From assembly GCF_021869535.1 (NCBI RefSeq), contig NW_026262690.1, positions 108,996,001-109,060,000 on the forward strand: a DNA stretch of 64,000 nucleotides. Reading direction: 5' to 3'. Positions within the stretch are counted from its first letter, which is position 1, and every line of letters begins with the position of its first letter. This DNA is from Mytilus californianus. Taxonomy: Eukaryota. Below the pieces are notes generated by a model that was not told the DNA's origin, searched no databases, and saw only the letters and a program-made list of their open reading frames with translations. The translations under genes and the position numbers were made by a program. Shown piece after piece: positions 63,735 through 64,000 of this stretch.

Positions 63735-63920
63735 GAACTCATTATAGATACCAGAATTTAAAATATGTACGGCACGCCCGGTTCGTCAACAAAGGCTCTT
63801 TAGTGACACTCGAATCAACGCAGTTATAAATTGAAAATAAAGTACGAAATTGAAGAGCATTAAGGACCCACGATTCCGAAATGTTTTGCTAAATACAAGT
63901 GAGGTAATCCGTTTCCTTAG
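63735..63920. repeat. Decayed copy of the hammerhead-bearing repeat found at 9060-9240
   Basis: GATACCAG...AAGTACGAAATTGAAGAGCATT is collinear with the 9-kb copy. Confidence 0.6.
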
Positions 63921-64000
63921 GTAGCAGTCCTCAACATTTCGGAAGATCAGTGTGCTTATCTTGTTTGTAACAATCCAATGCGCATAGACGAAAACAGTAT

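Overview
AT-rich eukaryotic DNA, dense in repeats. The repeat families look like those of a mussel (Mytilus-like bivalve); this is an inference from recall, not a database result. No prokaryotic, rRNA, true tRNA or CRISPR features were found. The main content, invisible in the ORF track, is a minus-strand, multi-exon single-pass receptor locus reconstructed by hand across about 52 kb. It has three 72-nt phase-2/2 LRR exons (61433-61504, 60390-60461, and 54749-54820, which carries a TAA stop), LRR-CT exon A (52082-52233), a phase-1/1 EGF exon (49106-49216), a paralogous LRR-CT exon B (20107-20252), a Ser/Thr stalk exon (12763-12834), a TM exon (10814-10889) and a terminal exon encoding a tail with three Tyr motifs (9395-9557). 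The two LRR-CT modules cannot be joined in series in frame. This suggests mutually exclusive membrane-proximal cassettes or two interleaved partial paralogues. Signal peptide and LRR-NT exons were not found and probably lie beyond base 64000. The introns hold a 4.6-kb TIR/TA-TSD element carrying a ~290-bp A/B satellite array, a Ginger2-like element, Penelope-like fragments (one with an intact minimal hammerhead ribozyme), a decayed large transposase-like ORF, an L1/Tx1 remnant, a tRNA-derived SINE, fold-back elements and many dispersed repeats. Exon coordinates were hand-counted; repeat boundaries are approximate.
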